In this document: positions 20,433 to 30,596 of the stretch, one piece after another
How the letters are laid out: each line of letters begins with the position of its first letter
Position numbering within the stretch: the stretch's first letter is position 1
Assembly: GCF_000281045.1 (NCBI RefSeq)
Contig: NW_008246086.1
Coordinates: 584,881-648,880, forward strand
Source: Saprolegnia diclina VS20
Lineage: Eukaryota
Length of the DNA: 64,000 bases
Reading direction: 5' to 3'
Notes under the pieces: model-generated
The model's database searches: none
Told to the model about the DNA's origin: nothing
The model's input: only the letters and a program-made list of their open reading frames with translations
Position numbers and translations under genes: made by a program

Positions 20433-21299
20433 TGCTATAGTGGGTCCAGGGAGCACAAGCCAAGGAACGCCCAGTACCTTTTTATAGACGACGCCTTCGG
20501 CGCTCGTGGATGGACCCCATTCGATGCTCCAATCAGATCCACGGGATAAATAGGACAGCCAATGGTACGGCAATATTTTTTAGGCTAAGCCAATCAAATC
20601 GCCTAGAAATAGGATTTGGCTTCTATTTCGCGACGATTTTGACCTATTCGGTACCGCTTAGGACGAAAAAACGGCCGAATTCCTATTTTTNNNNNNNNNN
20701 NNNNNNNNNNNNNNNNNNNNNNNNNNNNNNNNNNNNNNNNNNNNNNNNNNNNNNNNNNNNNNNNNNNNNNNNNNNNNNNNNNNNNNNNNNNNNNNNNNNN
20801 NNNNNNNNNNNNNNNNNNNNNNNNNNNNNNNNNNNNNNNNNNNNNNNNNNNNNNNNNNNNNNNNNNNNNNNNNNNNNNNNNNNNNNNNNNNNNNNNNNNN
20901 GCAGAGATGCTGATCTTGAGTATGTTGTGGGTCCGGTCCACGCGAGCAAAGCAAATGTGACGTCGACGAAGACGAAGGATAATTGAATTAAAAACTCGCC
21001 TGCCAATTAAAAACTCGCCTGCCAATCAAACTAATAATATTCCAACGACGAAGTAGAAAAGTATACGAAACGTTATTGTATTGGGGTGCAAAGTCGCCAA
21101 AAAGCCTTTGAATTGTGTCGGACTGTCAGAAAATCCCCCTCGATCTGAAGATGTTAGGCGTTTTGTATGCAGTCAACTCGATCATATCGACCGATGACGT
21201 GGCGCATTTCGAAGTGAATTGGAATGATGGTCTTAGGGTATGGGCACAGCTTCGTCTCGCTCACACGTGCACGTCGCTTCGATAGCTGTGCATGGTATA

Positions 21300-23710
21300 C
21301 ACAAGCCAGCGAATCGCTCCTTTTCGGCCCAGAGAGCTCGCAATACTAGTAGCATCGAGCATTGATTGACTAAAGACGAGCAATAGCGCAGTACGCAGGC
21401 TGGCCACACGCAACTTGAACCGTCGGCGCGGATAGGGTTACGAGACAGAGAACACGGCCCATGCCACCGGGCTGCTGGACCCAAACGGTGACGCCTGGCT
21501 GGCTCAGCACGCGTCTTACGACGTCGAAGCCGCGGCAGCGTGCTGCCTCATCACGGCCAAGAGGCCGCAATCAACGACCTCTTGCGCCTCATCCGGCCGC
21601 CAACGACATCTGGTCGCTTGTGATTATCCTCGGCGCCAATACGACCAACGTCAACGCCTGCCCAGACGTCGGCGGCCCTCCACCGCTACGTGCAACCTGC
21701 TCCATATCATCGAAACGCCTAAACCCTCATAGAACAGATGTCTGAAGAAGTCCAGGGGGTTTGAAGGAGAAGAAAAACCAACATAGCGACTTTTGCATCT
21801 CGGTGATGGCAGCGTTTCCAACCCGAATGCGTGCTTTCCTGGTCAATTGGCCGAGTTTGGAGTCTGGCAGCGGATGGAGCGTCCAGTGGTGTCATGAGCG
21901 AGGCTTGTTGTTCAAAGTGTACTAGAGTCCTGATGATTCGTCTGTTCGTGACAGGTCGGTGTATCACGTCATCTGATGACGTGACGAGAAACCGTACGTA
22001 GAAGATCTGTCGTGCATTCGATTGATTCGTCGAGGCGCCAATGTCACTCTGGATGCACTGAGCAAGTCGTCAACGCCGACAGCTATCGCTGAGGCTACAT
22101 CCAGTCGGCTTGTGGCCTCTTGCCTCCCAGTGGCATTCCAGACGGCCTAGTTTTCGAAGCTCTAGCTTCAACTGTCCTAGCGAAATGATATTCGCGACGG
22201 CGCATTTCGTATTGGGTGTACTGTATTGGGTCGCTCCAAGTGCAAGCTAGCATCGTCACTGCTGAATCAAATCACTATATGTCCACCTATGTACAGCCAA
22301 GGCAAGCGAGGGTGGTAGCGTTCTCTGCTTCGTTATTCTACCTGCACCGATACCTTGAAGTTGTACCAATCCAACGTGCATGCTGCCAGCCAAAGTGCTA
22401 CATTGGGAGCTCGCTGGGCTGAGAAAGAACGGGTCGTCGCTCTGTATATCCAAGCAACTGGCGGCTCACGCCCGGCGGCAGGAAGGTGTGGGAGAGATCG
22501 TCTTGGGTCGGTTTGGATTGCATTTGTGAATTCGATCGCGGTGCCGAGCGTACACATCCATGCGACATCTTCCAACGAAGCAAAAGATATGCAATGGCGA
22601 TACTCTTTCGCCGACAGAGTCATGTCGTTGCATTCAGGGACGAATCAGTGCCATGGCGCGATGTGCGCTACGGACCTTCTCTCAAAACAACGCTGTCGGA
22701 CACGAGTATCTTTTTCGACCGCCGAGTGCATTTAATTGCGATCAATTTAAATGCGAGGCAGCACAGCATAAAATAAAAATAATAAAAATAATAAATGCAC
22801 GCCCAGTATAGTTTGTACTTGGCCGACCGGTGTATTTTTTATGACAGTGGAACGGAACTGTTTTTATTTTGAACGAATCTTGAATGTTTCAACAGCTGCA
22901 ACATGACGTCATCAAGAATCAACCACCGACCGACCGAATCGATGCGGCAGCGTCGTCTGCCCCATGGTGACACATCGCTGTGTAGCGTCATCGTCCAAGG
23001 ACGAGCGGCTATTCCAGCAACGATTACTTGACCGTCCTTGGCGCCTCACACTACGAAGCATCGAGTCGCCCTCGTGGCCGGTCCTCGGTGCTTCAGACTA
23101 CGTGTAAGGACCAACGGCCTTGTGTCTAGCTGGCCGCATGCAATGCAAGAGGACTATACACGCTGTGATATATTGAGCGGCGACCCATTCTTTCTCAGCC
23201 AAGAGAACTCGGAACCGATATTCGATGCATCTTTGACTGCCAACCTTGCACGTTTGACTTGACACATCACTCGTAATTTGAGCTCCATCGGCGCGGGTAG
23301 GGTTCGACACAGAGAACGCCACCACTGCTCTGCTCACTTGCATTGGCATTGTCTGTCGAGGAGGCAAGATCCATCGCCACACCTCGGTCATGGGCCACTT
23401 TGCGCCCATCTACACGGCGTCGCCCGACTTGCCCAGTGTCCGCTTTGCGCACCTGCGCCCGCCTGCCTCATGACGACCAAGCAGGCCGCCATCAACGACC
23501 TCTGCAGCCTCATTCCGGCCGCCAACGGTCCGTGGACGCTCGTGACCAAACTCGACGCCAACACGACCAACGTCCATGGCTGCCCAGGCGTCAACCCGGC
23601 CCTCGAACGCTGCAAGCGGCTGCTCGCGACGACGCTCATGCCGTTCACCAACAAGACGACGCTCGTGGCCGCCGACTCGCTCGGGTGCAGCTTTGGCACC
23701 ATGTACGACG
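21300..23710. repeat. Mosaic of degenerate modules B and C
   Basis: Direct similarity to 7250-7760 at ~21300-21670 and ~23100-23705; inverted similarity to 5330-5960 at ~22150-22620. Confidence 0.75.
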
Positions 23711-23914
23711 ATCGCAATGTGGTTGATAGCCAATTCGTAAGGTCCTCTTCTGTACGGCGTACTTTTGAAGTCCCGCGCAGCTTGCAACGCATCAGGTTCG
23801 CCATCGCTGCATCATGTGACAAGGGAGGTTGGCGTCGCGGTTGTTCTAGTACTAAAACCACAATACTCTTGATCTGTGTTGAACATATAGTTGGTGCGGA
23901 AGGAGCGATACGAC

Positions 23915-24406
23915 TCAATGTTGGCGCGGAAGGTACCTAGAACGCAATGAAAACGTGGCGAGGTGAAGATCGCATGGGCGTACCGCTTGCGGTGGCGCTG
24001 GGGCCGGAGCTGTAGCGAGAGCCGGAGCTGGAGCCGGAGCTGGGACGTCTTCAAAGTCGGCCTCCATATCGACGTCCGGCGCCGAGCTGTGCTGCGGCGC
24101 AGCAAAAAAGTGCGGTGCCGGCGCGCCTTGGGGCTGAAGCGATGCAGCCAGTTGCACGACATAACCTTGCGTCGCGTGGAGCGCCGCCTGCAAGCCAGCG
24201 ACTTGCTGAAAGAGCGCCTGGTTAGCCGCCAAGAGCTGTTGGCTTGTGTGCTCGTACGTCACGGCGCACTGCTGCGCCGCCAAGCACGCTGTCGTCGACA
24301 AGTCGACTTGGATCTCGAGCGAAGCGCGCGCGTTTGTTGCACTTGCTCCTAGAGCTCCGTCGTCGTCTGGTGCTTGGCCGATAAGGCCTCGTACGCGCGC
24401 TTCCAT
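23915..24406 (-). CDS. Hypothetical Ala/Gln-rich protein with PAPAPA tract (possibly a fragment)
   Basis: 163-aa ORF with a coiled-coil-like segment and low-complexity tail; no family recognised. Confidence 0.4.
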   Translation of the reverse strand: MEARVRGLIGQAPDDDGALGASATNARASLEIQVDLSTTACLAAQQCAVTYEHTSQQLLAANQALFQQVAGLQAALHATQGYVVQLAASLQPQGAPAPHFFAAPQHSSAPDVDMEADFEDVPAPAPAPALATAPAPAPPQAVRPCDLHLATFSLRSRYLPRQH

Positions 24407-25627
24407 TGTTGTGCGTCAGTCAGCGCATTCTTGTCCCTCTATTTTTGCATGCCACGCGCCCCATGATGTTCGCACAAAGCCCGTAAAAATGCAAAAGCGA
24501 TGTGGTCAGCGACGACTGTTGGTGAACGCGATGGACGCTTTTGCAGCGTCCACAGCCGTCACTCGACGCTCTGCAGCGCCGCATTCGCTGCTAAACCGTG
24601 GCCACGCAGATAGGAGGCGCGCATCGGGGTTTGACACGCCGAGCGCCATGCAATAGTCATTATAGCTATCGTGTGTGTTCTATGTGTGTTCTACTCGTGC
24701 CATATCTCGTGAAATCCGGTNNNNNNNNNNNNNNNNNNNNNNNNNNNNNNNNNNNNNNNNNNNNNNNNNNNNNNNNNNNNNNNNNNNNNNNNNNNNNNNN
24801 NNNNNNNNNNNNNNNNNNNNNNNNNNNNNNNNNNNNNNNNNNNNNNNNNNNNNNNNNNNNNNNNNNNNNNNNNNNNNNNNNNNNNNNNNNNNNNNNNNNN
24901 NNNNNNNNNNNNNNNNNNNNNNNNNNNNNNNNNNNNNNNNNNNNNNNNNNNNNNNNNNNNNNNNNNNNNNNNNNNNNNNNNNNNNNNNNNNNNNNNNNNN
25001 NNNNNNNNNNNNNNNNNNNNNNNNNNNNNNNNNNNNNNNNNNNNNNNNNNNNNNNNNNNNNNNNNNNNNNNNNNNNNNNNNNNNNNNNNNNNNNNNNNNN
25101 NNNNNNNNNNNNNNNNNNNNNNNNNNNNNNNNNNNNNNNNNNNNNNNNNNNNNNNNNNNNNNNNNNNNNNNNNNNNNNNNNNNNNNNNNNNGCCTTGACG
25201 TATGCCCAAGGCGCGCCGACGCCCAAGTCGGTCTTTACACCTTTTGAAGTAGGTCCTGCTTCGGACATGCCCGACACTGATATGGGGGCCGACGACGACG
25301 ACAGCGCTACTATGTAGAAGACGCAACCGAAGCGTGCATAATCATTATATACCGCGTCTTTTCTTCTACCATCGCTCGCACAAGATCATGATACAACATG
25401 GATTCGCATATTATAGCTCATTCGATGTTGGTGTACTAGTACTAGTAGTCTTCAACTTAGTTGGTGTCGTTGCCGCCCTTTCTTCGTCCTACATACCATA
25501 CTACGTGTACGTACATGGAAGGATGGAACCTGCTTGTATGAGGAACTAGATAGTCCCTGTCGAGAGTGAGCGCTGCATCGTCACGCTGAGCTGGCGCCAC
25601 CTACGTTGGCACCATCGACTTGTCCTG

Positions 25628-26441
25628 ATGCTACGCCTCGAGCGTCTCGGTGCATGCCACGTCAATGAAGCCGTCGGTGCCACTCGAATCGGGACTCATT
25701 GGGCTTCCATACGCCATGTATCATCGTGTCGAGCAGGATGCTGGCCGAGCAAAGGACCCGAAGACCGAAAGCCTCCTGGCATGGACGGCGTCTCAAGCGT
25801 ACGTCCAGCGCGCAATCCACGAAGAACTACGCAAGCAAGCCGCACGAAGTCGTCCGGTGCAGGCGTCCCAAGCGCGATCGCCCCGTCGTCGGCGCAGCCT
25901 ACGTGTATATTAGAGCGCGCTCGTACTCGTTGATTGTACCCTACGCAGCCCTTGGAACGGGTCGAGTGCTGTATAGCTCGTGGAGTTGGATGGAGGTCGA
26001 GACGCAGCGGCTCGGCGGCGCTCTTTGGCCGACAACGCGCAGATGAATCAAAGCCTCGACGAGGTGGCGCAAGATGCAGAGAGAAAGCCACGGAGCGTCG
26101 GCGCCCGCGGCGCCGGTGGCGGTTCCGGCACGAACGAAGCGGCGCAGCACGTTCAAGGGCACCAAGCGTCCGTAGTTGCAGCCGCAGACATATTTGAGGG
26201 GACATCGCGCTGCTGGACGATCGCCAAGAGGATCCGGCCTGTCGACTACGGCGCGGAGCTGCATCATGCCGAGCCGAGCCGATTCGAAGAGTACTCCCTT
26301 CTTCCCTCATCCACGATGAAGAAGGGCGTCCGAAAGAACATTTCGTGGCTCCATCTGGCTGCATCGTATGACAACTCAATTCCGACCGAGCCAATGGCCT
26401 TGCCGGATTCAATACGTGGCAGTCGGAGCGTCAAGGTGTAA
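25628..26441 (+). CDS. Possible hypothetical protein (spliced or degenerate)
   Basis: Protein-like frames at 25650-25913 and 25980-26441 separated by a possible intron; no family recognised. Confidence 0.3.
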
Positions 26442-26998
26442 TTCCTTCTTTGCGGCAGCGTTGCAACTATTTTCGCGCAAGGGTGCCGCACCTTGCCACG
26501 GAATGGACGACGACCCTCGCGAGGTCGCTCGGGACAGGTCCAAGGCCCAATGAAGGCCCAAGGATACCCTGCCCACTGGCTCATTATATAACCTTAAACT
26601 GTCACTTCGATGCAGTCGTGCGCTCACCGAGGCTACTCGTTGAAGCATTGCTGCAACACTGCTGCAAAGAAGGAATTTCTCTTGCGTGTATCCTGCAAAA
26701 TGATTGGCCAAATCCCGCGTTCGAATGGCGCCCGGCGGGCCAGCCGGCGGGAGCTGCCGGCGGGCGGTACTACGAGGGAGGGCAGCGCTGGCAAGGACAT
26801 CGTCAAATGCTACTGCACTAAGATGCTCGTCGCTGAGATAAAGGAGCGCATACCACCATGGCAGCGAAGGAGAAGATTTCCTCAGCGAGCACGGCGTGTA
26901 AGCTGCATGATTAGTCGACGCCAATGCATTCAACATGCACACAACTCTGTTCCATACATGGAATCTTATGCAAACTTCAAAGTCCTACGACTCGCGCC

Positions 26999-27748
26999 TT
27001 AGACCTTGATGTTGGGCTCCTTGATCAACGCCTTCTCGCCATACGACTGGTGCAGCTTGATCGCGACAAACGCCGCGAGCGCAAGCACGAACGACGCGAT
27101 CTCCAAGCCAAAGCCCGCGCCGTACGAAACGTACCCGCCGAGCGGCTGCACTTGGCCGGCCCAGCAGCAAAACGCAATGAGCGTCGAGCCAAACGTAGCC
27201 AATGTAAAGATCGACGCAAAGGTCACAAAGCGCGACGTGGCCGCGCAGCACGTGACAAAGAGGACGAGTGAGAGGACGCTGAGGAGGCCAAAGGCCATGC
27301 CGAGGGTTGCAAACGCGAGCGTCACCTTGCCGAGGGACCCGCACGACTTGTCCATGAAGCCGTAGAACGCGTCCTTGTCCATGCCCGCGATGCGCGTGCT
27401 GATCATGGCCGTCGAGCTGTTGGTGTTCAGGTACTCGGAGCACACGTCAAGCCCGATCGCAATCTTGGTGACTGAGGAGCCGTTCATCTTGAGCTCGCCG
27501 CCGGCGCCGGCCGTGCGGTAAAAGCTAAAGCACTGGTCGAGCACGATGCCACTCGATCCAAAGTCGGCGTTGACGCAGTAGCCCCACACGCCTGTCGTAA
27601 ACTTGACGTTCTGGTAAGCAGTCGCATTCTTGATGTCGCCGGGGATGACCGTGCTGGACCACATGGGGATCGCGAGCGCGATCGTTGCGAGCGTGAGCGC
27701 GGCGACGCTGAGGAAGATCGCAAGGAGCCCGGTCCACGAGCACGCCAT
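26999..27748 (-). CDS. Claudin/PMP22-like tetraspan membrane protein
   Basis: Four hydrophobic helices in 1+3 arrangement; first loop has P-x-W ... GVWGYC ... C, resembling the W-GLW-C-C signature. Confidence 0.75.
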   Translation of the reverse strand: MACSWTGLLAIFLSVAALTLATIALAIPMWSSTVIPGDIKNATAYQNVKFTTGVWGYCVNADFGSSGIVLDQCFSFYRTAGAGGELKMNGSSVTKIAIGLDVCSEYLNTNSSTAMISTRIAGMDKDAFYGFMDKSCGSLGKVTLAFATLGMAFGLLSVLSLVLFVTCCAATSRFVTFASIFTLATFGSTLIAFCCWAGQVQPLGGYVSYGAGFGLEIASFVLALAAFVAIKLHQSYGEKALIKEPNIKV

Positions 27749-27821
27749 CTTGCTCGATCGGTGGTGAAAAGCAAACTAAGATCTTGGGAGGCGTCGCTCG
27801 CTGAAACCGCCCGCGGCCTCT

Positions 27822-27834
27822 GATTGGTCCAATC
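27822..27834. promoter_or_regulatory. Palindromic double CCAAT box in a bidirectional promoter
   Basis: GATTGG-T-CCAATC lies at the midpoint of the 161-bp gap between two divergent start codons. Confidence 0.5.
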
Positions 27835-27909
27835 TTTTCGAAGCCGATCAGGGATTGGGCGTTCGAAATTCTCCGGCGCCTCTTGGCCCAGCAGGCGCAG
27901 TAGAAAGAT

Positions 27910-28596
27910 ATGTTCTGGTCCCCCAAGGGCGTCGTGACGCTCGTGCTCTGCATCGCGGCCGCGGGCTTCTCGTGGACGCAGCTCGTGCTGCCGACGTGGC
28001 TCGAGTCGGCGACCGAGTCGGTGGGCCTCGCCAGTCACTGCGTGCGCGGCGTCTGCTACTCCTTCTCGCTCCCGCCCAACGTCGGCGAAATGCAGCGCTA
28101 CGCTGGGAAGCTCTTGATCCCAGCCAATATGACGCTCTGCGCCGCCTATGCTGGCAAGTCGTGGAACGCCACGGGGCATATGGTTGACGGCGCGTTCCTC
28201 GAGGCGACGTGCGGCTCGATCGGGCACGCAGCCATGGCCATGTGCCTCATCCAAGCGATCCTCGGCACCTTCATGGTCGCTGCCTACCTCACGTGGACGT
28301 GCGCAGCGACCAACAAGTCGTGCCTCCTCGCGCTCTGCAAGCTCCTCGCGTTCGCCAGCCTCTTTGCGAACCTGCTCACCATCACGTTCTGGATGGTGCT
28401 CAAGTCCCGGCTCCAGACCCGAGCAGGCGTCAAGGACGGCCTCGGCTTCATCTGTACGCTTATCTCGGCCGCGCTCTTTGGCTTGTGCGTTGTCTTGATT
28501 GGCATGCTCCGGCTCCGCGAACGCCACGAGAAATCGCAGCGCAATTTGCTGCGCGCCAAGTCGTCGCTGCAGCAAAAGTCGATGGCCGCCGTGTAG
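27910..28596 (+). CDS. Claudin/PMP22-like tetraspan membrane protein (divergent paralogue)
   Basis: Four TM segments; LPTW...VGLASHC....CYSF; shares FxxxxCGSxG with the neighbouring gene. Confidence 0.7.
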   Translation: MFWSPKGVVTLVLCIAAAGFSWTQLVLPTWLESATESVGLASHCVRGVCYSFSLPPNVGEMQRYAGKLLIPANMTLCAAYAGKSWNATGHMVDGAFLEATCGSIGHAAMAMCLIQAILGTFMVAAYLTWTCAATNKSCLLALCKLLAFASLFANLLTITFWMVLKSRLQTRAGVKDGLGFICTLISAALFGLCVVLIGMLRLRERHEKSQRNLLRAKSSLQQKSMAAV

Positions 28597-28809
28597 CGAC
28601 CTCAATGTACGAGTTGTCTTCGAAAGCCATACTTAATATACACTATGTACCCCATTCAGAGGCTCGAGCTGTCGTGGGCTGCCGGCTCCACCTTGGCGCC
28701 TCCTGAGATTGACAACGAGATCCGGATAAGAGGTGTCGTATGCGGACAAATGCGGGACCAATAGTTTGTATGGAAATGGCCCTGGCCAATTGATTTGGAG
28801 ATTGCTCTC

Positions 28810-30355
28810 ATGGCCGCCAACATGCTGCAGGTCGTCGCGGGGACGTACGAAGGGATGCTGTACGGCTGGGAGACCTCGATGGATGACCTCCTCGCCAAGA
28901 AAGCCAAGCTCAAGATGATCTACGGCTACCCGGCGCACACCGAGTGCATCAAGTCGATCGCGATGATGATGGAGCACGACGGCAAGACGCTCCTCACGGG
29001 CAGCACGGACGAAATGATCAAGTGGGCCTCGCATCTATCGCCTCGCCCTCTTCTCACGCTGCATATAGGATCTACAACGTCAAGCGCAAGGTCGAAGTCG
29101 GTATCCTCATGCAGCACAAGGGTACGCGCGACCATCTTGAACCTCGAGGATCTCATAGATGGATGGTGCATCAGGCGCCGTCACGTGCCTCGAGTACTAT
29201 GGCAAGTCGCACGTGCTCAGTGGCAGCGCCGACAACACGATCTGCATCTGGCGCACGTCCGACTGGAACTGCGTCCATATCCTGGGCGGCCACAAGTAGA
29301 CGCAACTGCCACGAACGCGCGTGGGCTTAGCATCGCTGTGTAGGGCGCCCGTCAACTCGATCGCCGTGCACCCGAGCGGCAAGCTGGCGTTCTCGGTCGC
29401 GCGCGACAAGACGCTCCGCATGTGGAACTTGGTCAAGGGCCGCTCGGCGTACATTCGCCGCCTCGACCAGGAGGCCTCCGAGGTGTTCCTTTCCCACGAC
29501 GGCAACCGGTACGTTTTCCTATATATCTCTACGACATCTTGCTCATGCCTCTACCTAGGTATGGTCTTGTCATGGGCCGCGATGTCTCGCTCTTTGGCGC
29601 TGCCAACGCCGATGTACGTCCTTCATCCTTGCTCTTCGCTTGGCTCATACCAACTGCATCCTAGCTCCTCGCCGTTCTCGAGCACAAGAAGAAGGTGAAC
29701 ACGGCGGCGTTTGCGACCACCGACCTCGTCGTCTGCGGCCTCGACGACGGCAGCTTTTACATTCACCGCGCGTCGGGCGGGTACGCGCTCGATCGTGGAT
29801 CCACGATGCTCAAGTTGCGTGTTTTGTAGCGTTGTCGCCGAAGTCAAGCACGCGTCGCTGGACGCACGCATCCGCTGCATGCAGATCGTGGCCAAGCCCG
29901 ATGAGACCGCGCTGCCGTTCATCGTGCTCGCGACGTCCAAGGGCGTCGTGCAGGTGTGGGACCTCGCGGACTTTGCGCTTGACGGCAACGACACGGTCGC
30001 GGCCAACGCCGACGTGCAGCCGATCGTCTCGACCAAGATGTATGGCTCGGCGCTCGTGACGGCGCTCTCGGCGTGCAAGACGTCGCACGCGCACGGCGAT
30101 GAAGAGGTGCCCGAGCCTGTCGTGGAGAAGAAGCCCAAGGCCAAGAAGCCGCAATCGACCAAGGACATTGTGCCCACGGTCGTCGTCGAGCACGAGGTCT
30201 CGGGTCTCTCCAAGGGCCAGAAGAAGAAGGCCAAGCGCAAGGCGGCGATGGAGGCCGAGGCGCCCAAGGAAGCGGCGGCGAAGGACGAGACGGCGGCGCC
30301 CAAGAAGAAGAACAAGAACAAGAAGGCCAAGAAGACGCCCACGACGTCGAATTAA
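28810..30355 (+). CDS. PAK1IP1: WD40 60S biogenesis factor, PAK1IP1/MAK11-like (multi-exon)
   Basis: VVAGTYEGMLYG, LLTGSTDEMIK/IYNVKRKVEVG, VNSIAVHPSGKLAFSVARDKTLRMWNLVKGRSAY; Lys-rich tail. Confidence 0.9.
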
Positions 30356-30596
30356 CTATCTCTAATACATGTAGACTCTGCTCCCATGGGTTCGCATGAC
30401 CCGAAGCGCGTCGTTCCGGCGGAGGATCCTCCGCGTGCCACGTTTCAAATCCGGCAAGGCCATTGGCTCAAATAACACGCCAGGTTTCGATATCCTGTCA
30501 AAATGCATACGTGGATCCAAACCTGTAGAACACAATACGTCAACTTTGGGAGGGTCATCATTTCCGATCTTGCCGGGTTGAAGTTGTCGACGCGCC

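Larger units (their letters stand above)
19503..20911. mobile_element. Internally deleted Pong-like (PIF/Harbinger) DNA transposon
   Basis: Left end GAGCATCTCCA (Pong/Tourist-type TIR) and GAGATGCT just after the gap; CCTATT subterminal motifs at both ends; contains transposase and Myb-like ORF fragments. Confidence 0.85.

Noticed and set aside
21718..21727. CCTAAACCCT as a telomerase RNA template or telomeric seed
   Set aside because: A single 10-nt match is expected by chance in 64 kb; no supporting structure or tandem copies.
24598..25326. Long ORFs spanning N-gaps (also at 8.6, 20.7, 50.1 and 51.9 kb)
   Set aside because: Artefacts of translating through Ns.
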